This document shows, piece after piece, positions 30,418 through 42,419 of a DNA stretch of 64,000 nt. The notes below the pieces were generated by a model, which saw only the letters and a program-made list of their open reading frames with translations, was not told where the DNA came from and did not search any database. Source of the DNA: the human T2T-CHM13v2.0 reference genome, Homo sapiens; the NCBI RefSeq assembly GCF_009914755.1, contig NC_060927.1. One strand, written 5' to 3'. Position 1 is the stretch's first letter, and the number at the start of each line of letters is the position of its first letter. The translations under genes and the position numbers were made by a program.

Positions 30418-32299
30418 ATCCCATTCATGAGGGCAGAACCCACAGGTCTAATAACCTTTCAAAAGTCATACTTCTTAATACTACTGCATTGGGCATTAAG
30501 TTACAACATGAGTTTTGGAGAAGACATCATGATTTAAACCATAGCATTCCACTCTTGGATCCTCAAAATTCATGTTTTTCTCACATACGAAATACATCAT
30601 TCCATTCCAGTAGACCCCAAAAGTCTTAACTTGTTTCAGAATCAACTTTAAAGTCTAAGTCCAAAGTCTTATCTAAATATCATCTAAATCAGATGTGAGT
30701 GAGACTCAAGGTATAAATCATCTCAGGCAAATTACTCTCTAGCTATGAGCCTGTGAAATCAAACAAATTATCTACTTTCAAAATACAATGGTGAGATAGG
30801 CATGACACAGACATTTTCATCTCAAAAGGGAGAAATAGGCAAGAAGAAAGAAGTAATACGTTTCAAGTAAGTCCAAAACCTAAAAGGGAAAACAACGTTG
30901 AATATCAAGTCTTGAGAATAATCTTCTTCAGCTCTATCTCCTGTCTTACGGACTTACTGAGACTGAAGTTGGGCTCCAAAGGCCCTGGGGGATCCCACCC
31001 CCATGGCTTTGCTGGATGCTGCTCATGCAGCAGTTCTCATGAGTTGGAGTCATGTGCCTGCAAGCTGGGATTGCACTCTGGCAGTTCTAGAGTTCTGGAG
31101 TTTCAGGGCAGCCTTACTCCCACAGCTTCATGAGACATTGACTAAGTAGAGACTCTGTGGTGGCCCCACCTTCACAGACCTGCTAGGCATTGCCCTGGTG
31201 GGGACTTTTTGCAGTGGCCCCACCCCATGACTCTGCTAGGCATTGCTCTACTGGAGACTCTCTGCAGCCACCCTGCTCCTGTGGCATTTCTTTGCCTGGC
31301 CACCTGAGACTCTCTGAGTCATCCTTTGAAATCTAGGTGGAGGTAGCAATACCTCCACAGCTTGTGTACTTTGCATGCTTGCAATCTTAGCACCACTTCA
31401 ATGATGAATGTTGATACCTTTTAACCCCACAGCTGGGAGCAGTTCACCAGAGTATGGGGGAGGAGAGACTTGAGGTGACCCTGGGCAGCAAACCCCAAGG
31501 TTCCACAGGTGCCCTGGGCCCCTCCTTTGAAACTTCTGCCTTCAAGTCTCTGGTATTCTTGGCCTGTGATGGGAGTGGCAGTCTCAAAGATCTCCAAAAT
31601 GCCTTCAGAGTTATTCTTCCATTGTTTTGATCAATAGCATCTGGCTTCTCTCTATTCATACTAATTTCCTTATCAATGAGTAGCTTGGCCACATCCTCAG
31701 TTTTCCCTCCTTAACCATACTTTTGTTCTTTATATAACCAAGCTGAAATTTTTTCAAATCTTTACCTTCTGCTCTACTTTTGACCGTAAATTCAATCTCG
31801 AGCATTTTTTCTCTTCTCACACTTTACTATAAGCGGTTAAGAAAAGCCATGCACCACCCTGAACACTTTGCCTAGAGATTTCTTCCACCAAATGTCTTAG
31901 TTCATGGCCCTTAAATTTTGCCTTCCACAAAGGATTAGGACATGAACATAATTCAGGCAGTTCTTTGCCACTTTGTAACAAAGATGACCTTTCCTCCAGT
32001 TTCCAATAAGATATGCCTTATTTCCATCTAAGATGTCTTCAAAATGCTCTTTTCTATCCATATTTCTACCCACAGTCTGTTCATGACCACTTAGATAATA
32101 TCTAACACTGAAGCTTTTATACTGCTTTTCTCTTCTGAGACCTCACCAGAATTGCCCTTAATGCTCCATTCACAGCAATCTAGGCTTTTTCTAGCACGCA
32201 CTTTAAAACTGGTCAAGCCTCTACCCATTATCTATTTCCAAAGCTGTTTCCATATTTTCAGGTATTTGTTATAACAATACCTTACTTATGGTACCAATC

Positions 32300-33182
32300 T
32301 GTAAGCCAAAAATAAAATCCTAGGCCCTCAACCAAATGACTGGACCCTCTTTGGGCCAAACAGACCCCTAGAGAAACCTGAAAAACTGAATTCTCAGCCA
32401 TGACAAAAAGGGAGGTCAGACACTCCTTGTTATACTCTCTTCCTGTTGGAGTTTAGGCACAACTGACCAGCATTGACATTAAAATAGAGATCATAAGACT
32501 GATCTCCTTGAGGCAATAAGATATCATATTAGAACCTACTCTGGTACAGCATTACATGACAGATAGCAGACCCTGAAGGAAATCAAAATACTTTACTCCA
32601 AAATACATTTCTGTGACATAATTTAAAATGGCCCTGCAAAGCTGCCTTTGGTGGGGGAAATTTGCATCTGTAGACAATCTCCATTAATGCAGCCAGGACT
32701 TTCCCTGATTTAGGAAAGATTAACTAAGAGTCTAACACCTTTTAAGGTCCAAAAAGAGACATTTACATCTATTCTCTGTGATGGCTGTTACCTATAAAGC
32801 TTCATCTGTCTTTGGTCTCCACAACTCCCCTTATGTTAACTCAAGAATGTCTTTCTACAGACTTTAAGTCTTTAGGTAAAGCTTAACTCCTTTCAACCAA
32901 TTGCCAGTCAGAACATCTTTGAATCTACCTATGACCTATAAGCCCTGGCATTGAGATGTCCTGTCTTTCTGGGCCAAATCAAGGTATACCTTACATGTAT
33001 TGATTTATATCTTTGTCTGTGGCTTCTGTCTCTCTAAAATCTGTAAAACCAAACAGTAACTTCACCACCTTGGGCACACTTTCTCAGGATTTCTTGAAAC
33101 TGTTCCCCAGGACATGGTCACTCATATTGGCTCAGAATAAACCTCTTTAAATATTTTGCAGAGTTTGGTTTTATTGTCAACA
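32300..33182 (+). mobile_element. ERV1 solo LTR, MER4D-like
   Basis: tgtaagccaaaaataaaat...ggctcagaataaacctctttaaatatttt...gtcaaca; TSD AATC/AATT. Confidence 0.82.
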
Positions 33183-33333
33183 AATTTCCATCTTAGTTCA
33201 TTTGTGCTGCTTTAATAAAATACCTGAGACTGGATAAAGAACAGAAATGTATTGCTCACTGTTCTGGAGGCTGGAAAGTTCAAGATCAAGGCTCTGGCAG
33301 GATTGGTGTCTGGTGGAGACTACACGCTGCTTC

Positions 33334-34031
33334 TGAGAGGAGGTTCCAGCTGAGCTTCCTGGGTCAAGTAGGGGCTCAGAAAGCTGTGAAACTCACTCCT
33401 TTCCTGCATCAGGACTTATTTTGGTCTTGGATGAATAATATTGAAGATATATGCTGAAAATATTCCTAACATCAGAATTTGTGCCTCTGTTTTCTTCCCC
33501 AAGAAAGCTATAAACAGTGAAAATTTTGTTGTAAGCTTCCCTGTGTCCTCTCTCCCTCTCTCCCTTCCCCCCCCCTGAAACTAAAAGGAATGTTAAAAGC
33601 CAGTTTTTCTGTGATCAGCAGACCTTATCTATGCTTCCAATTCCAATTCCTTGTAAACACAGTTTGTTAAGTCCTGTGAGATCCTGTCTCCTTTGCCATG
33701 CCACTGCAAGGTCATAAAGTAGATAAACTTAAGTTACAATTCCGGTTCTCCTCAAGATCTGAGACATGTTAATTGTCTTTGTTTCTCGCTCTGGTAACAT
33801 CTTCCCACTGCACGTATTTCCCTCCTTAAAGAGTTTAAAATGTAATTGAAAAATCTAACACTGGCTACCCACTTGGGACCCCTTCCATGCTGTGGAAGCT
33901 TTGTACTGTCACTCTGCTCAATAAAACTTACAGCTTTTTTTCTCTTGGTCTGATCCATGTCTCTCTCTCACCATGGGCGGCCGCCCCACCAAATCTTTGG
34001 CATGGCTAAGGCAAGAACCTTTGGAGTTACA
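33334..34031 (+). promoter_or_regulatory. Complete 5' LTR (698 bp, LTR30-like)
   Basis: Direct repeat of 38374-38763; AATAAA at 33920-33925; ends ttaca immediately before the PBS. Confidence 0.85.
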
Positions 34032-34034
34032 TTT

Positions 34035-34052
34035 TGGCGAGCCAGCCAGGAG
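34035..34052 (+). promoter_or_regulatory. Primer-binding site for tRNA-Arg(ACG)
   Basis: TGGCGAGCCAGCCAGGAG is the reverse complement of the tRNA-Arg(ACG) 3' end (...CTCCTGGCTGGCTCGCCA). Splice donor-like ATG|GTGAGT at 34086. Confidence 0.85.
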
Positions 34053-34380
34053 GATCTCCAGGAAAGGCATCTCGATCCTCACATGGTGAGTACGATTAGA
34101 CCTCTTTCGCTTGCTATTCTGTCCTGTCTTTCCTTAGAATTCAGAGGCTAAACTGGGCACCTGTCAGCCACTTAAAGGCGATTAGCGCGGCCGCCGGACT
34201 AAAGACACGGGTGTCAGGCTGTCTGGAAAAGGGCTGTCTAACAACCCCCGACCCTCCAGGGCTGGGAACGTTGGTTAGTTTGGACCCAGTTCCTACTCTT
34301 TCACTTTCTGTGGTGGTCCCGAAGTACACCCGGGAGTTATCAGTAGACATTCTAGTCTTCCAGATTTCCTGGTTGAGACC

Positions 34381-35261
34381 ATGGCCCCGCCAGAGGCTCC
34401 CCCTGCAAGGGTTACTGAGCGTGAGACCACCACATCTTCTGACCCCTGTCTCCTGGGTCCCAATGTCCACTGGCTAGACTTCTTTTCTCATCTTGCAAGC
34501 AAGGTTATTCCCACTAGGCAGGATCAAGATTCCCTATTTAGAAGTCTTAAATTTTTGGGGTAGTGCCCAGAGGATCCCTGTTCATGGTACCTTCCAGGGT
34601 TTAGGCAGGTATCATCGTTTGATGGCTATTTTAAAGGGCCAGTTCCCCACCATAGGGTATGGTCCCCTACATCAGGACAATTTAAAGACAGGCCTGTAAT
34701 TTTCATGTGAATAGTAAAAACCTTAAGGCATTTCCTCCATTGCTTCCCACATAGGTTTTCCCCTTCCTTAGGGCCTCTCAAGTACAATCTGTGGTGCATG
34801 GGTACAGCTCTTAGAGCCGTTGAATTGCTATTTCAACCATTCAATAGTTGGTATTGGAAGGAAGAAAATATAGTCAGTTGGGACACAGGATACTGGTACT
34901 GCCTTAAGAGAGGGGCTTACTCCTTTGATGGCAAGTGGGGACAGAAGGCTAGAGTACAGCAGCTGTTCTCTCAGCCCTGGCCTAGAAGACATCTACCACC
35001 CCTTTATGCTTACTAAGCCTCCTGTTGCTAATTCAGAGATTCCTCCTTGAAGGACAGTTTTATGGCCAGGCCCACGTAAATTGGGCCTTAGCATGCAAGC
35101 ATCAGTGGTGCCCCAGACCCGGGCCTTGCCACCCTGGAACAGGTAGAATGCATTGGCAGAAGGATCACAATAAATCCAACAGTCCTTGTGCCCCATTTAG
35201 TGGTCAATGGGCGCACAGCAGGGGCAAGGGAAGTTTCCATCCCGCTGGTAAGCATGGTTAA
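34381..35261 (+). pseudogene. Disrupted retroviral pre-gag ORF (~293 codons)
   Basis: Kozak gagaccATGG. One frame runs to ~35000 with only TAG (34561) and TGA (34708); a 1-bp frameshift then joins it to ORF 35025-35261. Confidence 0.65.
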
Positions 35262-35398
35262 ATCCGGTACATGGAGGGCTCAGGAAAAGCAGCCATGAGC
35301 CTTGAGCACAACTGGACCTGACCCTCGGGGGATGCCATAGGGAAGACGAGTCCCAAGACTAACCACGGGTGTGGGAATCCCTGTGTTTAAAATTCCAA

Positions 35399-36851
35399 AT
35401 GGGCACCATGCCTTCAAAACTGGACACTCCCTTAAGATGGGACAAATTCGACCCTGAAACCTTAAAAAAGAAGCGGCTGATTTTCTTCTGTACCACTGCC
35501 TTGCCACAGTATTCCTTACAAAATGGAGAAACTTGACCCTCTGAGGAAAGTATTAATTATAACACCCTTCTACAGCTAGATCTTTTCTGTAAACAGAAAG
35601 GTAAATTTAGTAAAGTCCCTTATGTACAGGTTTTCTTTGCCCTTCGTGACAATACTGCCCTGTGCCAAGCCTGCAAGCTTTGCCCAAATGACAGAGGCCC
35701 ACAGTTGCCTCCACACTCAGGGCCTCTTCCCTCAACCCCACTCTCCTCCCCAACTGACTCTCCTCCATCCGGTCCCACCGAAGTGTTAAAGGCACACCGG
35801 AAAGAGAACGTAAACTCCGTGAGCCAGGCACCCAAACTATCTCCCTTACAAGGGACTATGTCCCTTACAAGGAGGAGAATTTGGGCCCATTCACGTGCAT
35901 GCCCCCTTCTCACTCTCAGATTTAAAACAAATAAAGGCAGATTTAGGGAAATTCTCAAATGATCCTTATAACTATATAGATGTCCTGCAAGGATTGGGGC
36001 AGTCCTTTGATCTAACATGGAGAGATATCATGTTGCTTCTTGATCAGACCTTAAGTCCTACTGAAAAAGAAGCAGCTTTAGCTGTAGCCCGGCAATTTGG
36101 GGATCTGTGGTACTTTAGCCAGGTAAATGATCGAATGACCCCGGAGGAGAGGGAAAAATTCCCCACAGGGCAACAGGCAGCCCCCACTGTAGACCCTTAT
36201 TGGGATACTGACTCAGATCATGGAGATTGGAGCCGCAGGCATTTGCTAACTTGCATTTTAGAAGGGTTGAGGAAGACTAGGAAAAAGCCTATCAACTATT
36301 CAATGCTATCCACAATTACACAGGAAAAAGAGAAAAACCCCTCCGCTTTTCTAGAAAGGCTAAGGGAGGCCCTAAGAAAGCACACCTCCCTAACTCCATA
36401 TTCTGTAGAAGGTCAACTTATTTTAAAGGATAAATTTATCACCCAATCAGTGTCTGGCATAGTCTGCTTTAGGCCCAGAACAAAATTTGGAGACATTATT
36501 AAACCTGGCAACCTTGGTATTCTATAACAGGGACCAAGAGGAACAGGCCAAAAGGGACAAGCAAGATAAGATAAAGGCTGCAGCCTTAGACATGGCCCTC
36601 AGACAGGCAGACCTTGGTGGCTCAGAGGGAACCAAGAGAAGAGGAGGCCAATCGCTTAGTAGGGCTTGTTATCAGTGCAGTTTGCAAGGACACTTTAAGA
36701 AAAATTGTCCAACAAAAAACAAACTGTCCCCTCGCCCATGTCCAATATGCCAAGAAGGTTTGAAAGGAAGGTTTGGAAGGTGCACTGCTCCAGAGGATGA
36801 AGGCCCTCTGGACCAGAGGCACCCAACCAGATGATTCAGCCACAGGACTGA
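35399..36851 (+). pseudogene. gag: ERV gag remnant
   Basis: MGT...[29 protein letters not shown] (QEKEKNPSAFLERLREAL), CCHC knuckle CYQCSLQGHFKKNC, ending QD-TGA; frameshifted. Confidence 0.9.
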
Positions 36852-37486
36852 AGGTGCCTGGGGCAAGTGCCAGCTCATGCCATCACCCACACAGAGTCCC
36901 AGGTAAGGTTGACTGTTGAGGTCCAGGAAGTGGACTTCCTCCTGGACACTGGTGTGGTCTTCTCAGTTTTAATCTCCTGCCCTGAACGACTGTCCTCAAA
37001 GTCCATTACTATCCGAGGAATCTTAAGACAGCCTGTAACCAGGTATTTCTCTTGCCTCCTCAGCTGCCATTAGGAGACTTTGTTCTTTTCACATGCCTTT
37101 CTTGTTATGCCCAAAAGTCCCACACCCTTATTAGGGAGGGACATATTAGCCAAAGCTGGGGCCATTATCTACAGGAATATGGGGAACAAATTACCTATTT
37201 GTTGTCCCTAATTAAAGAAGGAATCAACTTTGAGGTATGGGCCTTAAAACGACAATTTGGAAAGGCAAAGAATGCCCATCCAGTCCAAATCAAGCTAAAA
37301 GACCCCACCACTTTTCCTTATTAAAGGCAATATACCTTAAGGCCTAAAGCTCTCAAAGGATTACAGGATATTGTTAGACATTTAAAAGCTCAAGGTTTAG
37401 TAAGAAAATGTAACAGTCCTTGCAATAACCGAATGCTAGGAATACAAAAAACAAATGGTCAGCAGAGACTAGTGCAAGACCTCAGG
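36852..37486 (+). pseudogene. pol: ERV protease and start of RT (truncated)
   Basis: FLLDTG protease motif, PLLGRDIL, then RLVQDLR, where homology ends. Confidence 0.88.
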
Positions 37487-38363
37487 TTTCACTTGTCTAA
37501 CTTCAGGCATTTTTTTCATCTATAATAACACAGCCTATTGATGCCTAAATGGCACTCTGAAAGAACAATGCTTTCTCTCCTTTCTAGCACCTCCCATGTC
37601 CATATATACTGAACAGGAGTTACAAAGTCTCCTTATACCCCAATCTCGCCACACGTGAGCCCTTATTGTCCCTTTTATTGTAGGAGTCGGAATACTGGGC
37701 AGGCTTGGGACTGGAATTGGAGGCATAACCTCCACCACCAATTTATTATAAATTATCACTAAAATTAAATGATGACATGGAATGAATTGCCAACTCCCTA
37801 GTGACCCTACAAAGCCAGCTTAATTCTCTAGCTGCAGTAGTCCTTCAAAACCGGAGAGCCCTAGACTTATTAACAGCTAAAAAAGGAGGAACTTGCCTCT
37901 TCTTAGGAAAAGAATGTTGCTATTTTGTTAACCAGTCAGGAATCATTACTGAAAAGGTCAAAGAAATAAGAGAACAAATAGAAAGTAGAAAAAAGGAGCT
38001 TGAACACTCAGGGCGCTTGAATATGTTTAACCAATGGATACCTCGGCTCCTCCCCTTTCTAGGCCCTGCGACAGCCATCCTACTCGTTTTTGGGCCTTGC
38101 ATTTTTAACCTCCTTGTCAAATTTGTTTCCTCAGGATCGAGGCCATCAAGGTACAAATGGTCTTACAAATGGAACCTCAAATGAGCTCAACTCACGGCAT
38201 CTACCAAGGACCCCTGGATCGACATACTGGTCTCTGACTAGCCTAAAAAGTTCCCCTCTGGAAGACACCACAACTGCAGGGCCCCTTCTTCGCCCCTCAT
38301 CAGCAGAAAGTAGCCAGAACGACTGCCGCCCAGTTCCCAACAGCAGTTGGGGTGTCCTGTCTA
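37487..38363 (+). pseudogene. env: ERV env remnant (end of SU, TM and tail)
   Basis: Furin site mutated to RHT* (37656), fusion peptide, ISD LQNRRALDLL, CX6CC (CLFLGKECC), TM segment and QMVLQMEP tail. Confidence 0.9.
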
Positions 38364-40358
38364 GAGGGGAGACTGAGAGGAGGTTCCAGCTGGGCTTCCT
38401 GGGTCAAGTAGGGGCTCAGAAAGCTGTGAAACTCACTCCTTTCCTGCATCAGGACTTACTTTGCTCCTGGATGAATAATATTGAAGATATATGCTTAAAA
38501 TATTCCTAACATCAGAATTTGTGTGTGTGTTTTCTTCCCAAGAAAGCTATTAACAGTGAAAATTTTGTTGTAAACTTCCCTGTGTCCTCGCTCCCTCTCT
38601 CCCTTCCGCCCTCCAAAACTAAAAGGAATGTTAAAAACCAGTTTTTCTGTGATCAGCAGACCTTACCTATGCTCCCAATTCCAATTCCTTGTAAACACAA
38701 TTTGTAAAATCCTGTAAGATCCTGTCTCCCTTGCCATGCCGCTGCAAGGTCATAAAGTAGATATACCAATATCTCACCTTCCAAAGGTTACTGCTATTGT
38801 TGTATTGGGGATTAAGTTTCAACATGAATTTTGAAGGGGACACCATTATTTTCAAACCAGAGCAAGGGGTTCAAACCTAAAGGCCAGAGGACCAGTATGG
38901 AGGTCATGGAGAGAGAATGGTGATGAGGATAGATGAGAAATAGTGGCTATAATGAGATATTGGTATATCAAGACATATTTAGGTTGTAGGATTTGGTCAC
39001 TGCTTTGATGTGAGTTGCGGCAGAGAAAGAGGAGTTAAGAATGTAGACCAAGTACGTGGCTTGGGCAACTGAATGATGATGGTATTATTTTCAGAGACAG
39101 GAAACACAGAAGAGAAGCAAGTTTGGGAGGATGGGATAGTGGGTTCAGGAGAAGATAATAAATTCAGTGTTGTAAAGCTAAAATTGAGGTGAAATTGGAT
39201 GTCCAATTTTAGAAATTCAGTAGCAGGAGATTGGGTCTAGGGCATGGTGCTCAGGAGATATTTTTTCTGGAATATATATTTCAGTAAATATTTGGGTATA
39301 TATTTGAAATAAAATTGAATCAGGAGTTTGTGTGAAATGAGAAGAGGGTATTAAGGAACATGGACATTTAAAGAATGGGCAGAGATAAAGGAGACAATAA
39401 AGGAGGCTGAGAAAAAGTGGGCCAAAGAGGTAGGAGGATTGTCAGGAATGTGTCATGTCATGGAAGTCAAGGATGGAGTAGAACAGTGTCAAATGCTGCT
39501 TAGATATCAGGTAGGATAAGAACTGAAAAGCTCATTGATCCCTGGAAGAGCAGGGAACACAAGATAAGCAATCAGGCTACTAAAATGGAATCAATGCAAA
39601 GATGAACATACACATTCTTTACTACCAGGGGCCCATACTGGGACAGTGGCTGATGAAATTTACATCGAAAAGCACTTGGAAGATTTTGAAAGGAACCCAG
39701 GAGCTTTCATCACGGATTGCCAAGTACTTTAATTAAATAGCCTGTGTTTTATCTGACAGTTTCAATTTTATAAAATCCTCTCTTGTTATGTTTGTTTGTA
39801 TCTGTCAGAACTAGTCATCAGATGTTTTTGTTCAAGGAAATATGGTGCTTGTATATTTTAGGAACAGACATGATTAGAACAAGAGATACAACTCACCCTG
39901 TTTTCTACCTTCTTGTACTTAAATGACTTAGACAAGAACATACATGGGTTGCATCTAGAATTCTCTGTCTTCTACTCCTCTCAGGACTCCTTTATTCAGG
40001 CATCTATACCTCAAATCTTCTGCACCAGTATGATGTGTGAGATTTTAGGTAAAGCTAACCTACCATGAATAGAGTAAATGATTGTTCATTGCTGTATTCA
40101 CAGTGCCTGATACAGGTCTGACATATAGTAGGCACTTAACAAATGTTTGTTCAATTAATGGATGAAAGCAAAATGGGAAAATCAATTTTAAGTTTTGTGT
40201 CTAACAAAAAAGGGAAAAAATAAACAAACAAACAAAACAACAAAAACAGCCACAGAAAATATCTTTTGGATGCTTAGAGTTTGTTTTCCTGACCAGTTTA
40301 AAAAATTTATGAGCTGTTCGAGAGCTCAATCATATATCTGAAGTGACCAACAAAAGTC

Positions 40359-40385
40359 TTTTTTTCCTTCTATTTTCTTTCTTTC

Positions 40386-40421
<36 letters not shown>

Positions 40422-40710
40422 TTGAGACAGAGTCTCTTTCTGTTTTCTGTTGCCCAGGCTGGAGTGCAGTGGCACAATCTTGGCTCACTGCAACTTCTGC
40501 CTCCTGGGTTCAAGCGATTCTTGTGCCTGAGCCTCCTGAGTAGCCGAGATTACAGGTGTGCTCCATGACACCCAGATAATTTTTGTATTTTTGTAAAGAT
40601 GGGGTTCGCCATGTTGGCCGGGTTGGTATCGAACTCCTGGACTCAAGTGATCCGCCCACCTTGGCCTCCTAAAGTGCTGCGATTACAGGCATGAGTGAAC
40701 ACACTCAGCC
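40359..40710 (-). mobile_element. Alu (S/J) with long T-rich tail
   Basis: Full dimer; TSD CAAAAGTC at 40351 and 40711. Confidence 0.88.
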
Positions 40711-41889
40711 CAAAAGTCCTAATATTCCCCAAGGGTCCCCAAATGGTAGGTAGCTGAAGGTGAGGGCTCTCTAGTCCCTCACAATATCCAGAAATAGAGG
40801 GATGTTTTAGACTCAAACTAGGGTTAGTCAAAATGCATAAAAATTAATATTCTGATTTTCAAAAAGCAAAGAAGAGGAACATTGGCATGCCAAATTTATT
40901 TGGGTTATAATATGGGTCCAAACGGCATATATATATATTAGAAGAAATCATGGCAAATCTTATGAACCAAGGGAGGATTGAAAAGCAGTTGACTGCTGGC
41001 TTGCCTTATGCTTTTCTGATACCATCATTAGTGAGGCAGCTTTTGGTCCTCAGAGAAACACTTGAAATGGGCTAAGCAAACCTACTGGCATTTCCAATAA
41101 CACATCCAACCTTTCTAACAGACTGCTATTACAGTTACTTAGCCTTGTTTCCTCTGGCTAGCCTTCCAAGCTATATAATGTGGTACAGTTTGAGCAAAGA
41201 TAAGTATTTAGAATTAGTTATATGGCAGCTTTTGGCAGAGGTTTGTTCCTGAAAATTCACATTTCATATGCTCCTTAAGAAATATTCAATATGAAATGCT
41301 AATTAAAGTGTTTACCCAAGAGCCACTTTTTAATATCACTTGCTTCCCTTTCTTTCATTTTCTTTCACTTTACTCTCCTTTTCCTACTAGAGGCACACTG
41401 GGTCAATATCCAATTTTATTTGGGTTAAATAGGAAACATTACCTTCAAAAATTTAACAAATGATTTGAGGACACTTTGTCTTCAATAGTTCCATGCCAAA
41501 ACATTACATTTTGTACATGTTGTATTAATTCAAATGACTGTAATCTTTTTAAGAGAGTTTTTTTCCTCTATTTCCTCTATTGAACTCTATTCAGTACCAT
41601 CATCATAGCCTATCACAGGGCATTTTTGTTGGTATTAACTCCCTATAAATTCCTGTCCAAAATACCTGTAGGCTATTTTGTCAAATTGAAGCTAAAACAT
41701 TATTTTTACCAGAGGACTGTATGTTCCAGAATGTAAACTTTTAACATGCTGAATGAATCCTAATACTGAAATTTATCATGAATAAAATTATGTTTTCTCA
41801 TATTCCCTAGTTGCAGTCAGTCTTATCAAACATTTTAACAGATGAATTATGTTGAAAATAGACAGATATTCATGTCCCTGATTATGGAA

Positions 41890-42419
41890 AGTATATCATT
41901 TTATATGTCAACTTGACTGGACTAAGGGATCCTCAGACAGCTGGTAACACATTATTTTTTGGGGGGTGTGGGTGGTCTGTGAGGGTGTTTCTAGAAGAGA
42001 TGAGCATTTCAGTCAGCAGACCCAGCAAACAATATTGCTCTCACCAATGCTGGTGGGCATCATCCAATCCACTGAGGGCCTAAATAGAACAAAAAGCCAT
42101 AGAAAACACAAATTTGCTCCCTGTTTTAGCTGGAACATCCATCTTTCCCTGCTCTCTAACATCCATGCTCCTGCTTTCAGGGCCTTTGGCCTTAGACTGG
42201 AACTCACACCATCAGCTCCCCTGGTTCTCAGGCCTTCTGACTTGAACTGAATTATACCACTGGCTTTCCAGCTTCTTCATCTTCTAAATAGAAATTTGTG
42301 GGACTTCTCAGCCTCCATAATGATGTGAGCCAAATTCTATAATGAATCTATTACTCAGTCTATCTAGCTAGCTAGCTATCATTTATCTATTGTTTCTCTA
42401 GGAAACCCTAGTTAATACA
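41890..42419 (+). mobile_element. MLT2 (ERVL) solo LTR
   Basis: ttttatatgtcaacttgactgg...ggcatcatccaatccactgagggcctaaatagaacaaaa...gggacttctcagcctccataat...taataca. Confidence 0.8.

Larger units (their letters stand above)
33334..38763 (+). mobile_element. HERV30-like (HERV-W/9 group) defective provirus
   Basis: 5' LTR 33334-34031 (TG...CA), PBS, leader, gag, pro, truncated pol, env TM, PPT (38363-38373), partial 3' LTR 38374-38763. The LTR30 label is from recalled consensus. Confidence 0.88.
29510..38864 (-). mobile_element. Full MaLR element (MST/MLT1A-type LTR-int-LTR) with three nested ERV1 insertions
   Basis: LTR at 29510-30546 (tgtctcagt...accatagca), MaLR internal 30547-33188, second LTR at 33189-33333 plus 38764-38864. 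Flanks AGGGT / AGGGG form a 5-bp TSD with one mismatch. Confidence 0.8.
29150..39540 (-). mobile_element. L2 fragment split by the MaLR insertion (pieces about 29150-29509 and 38865-39540)
   Basis: L2-like text on both flanks (agagcatggcatattcaagg; ggcttgggcaactgaatgatgatggt; gtcaaatgctgct). Confidence 0.6.

Noticed and set aside
35895-36527. 210-aa capsid ORF as a functional gag
   Set aside because: Flanked by frameshifts and stops; length is compatible with neutral decay of a moderately young provirus.
37801-38184. 127-aa env TM ORF as a syncytin- or suppressyn-like domesticated gene
   Set aside because: GTG start, no signal peptide, SU mostly deleted, furin site ends in a stop, upstream stops and a tail frameshift.
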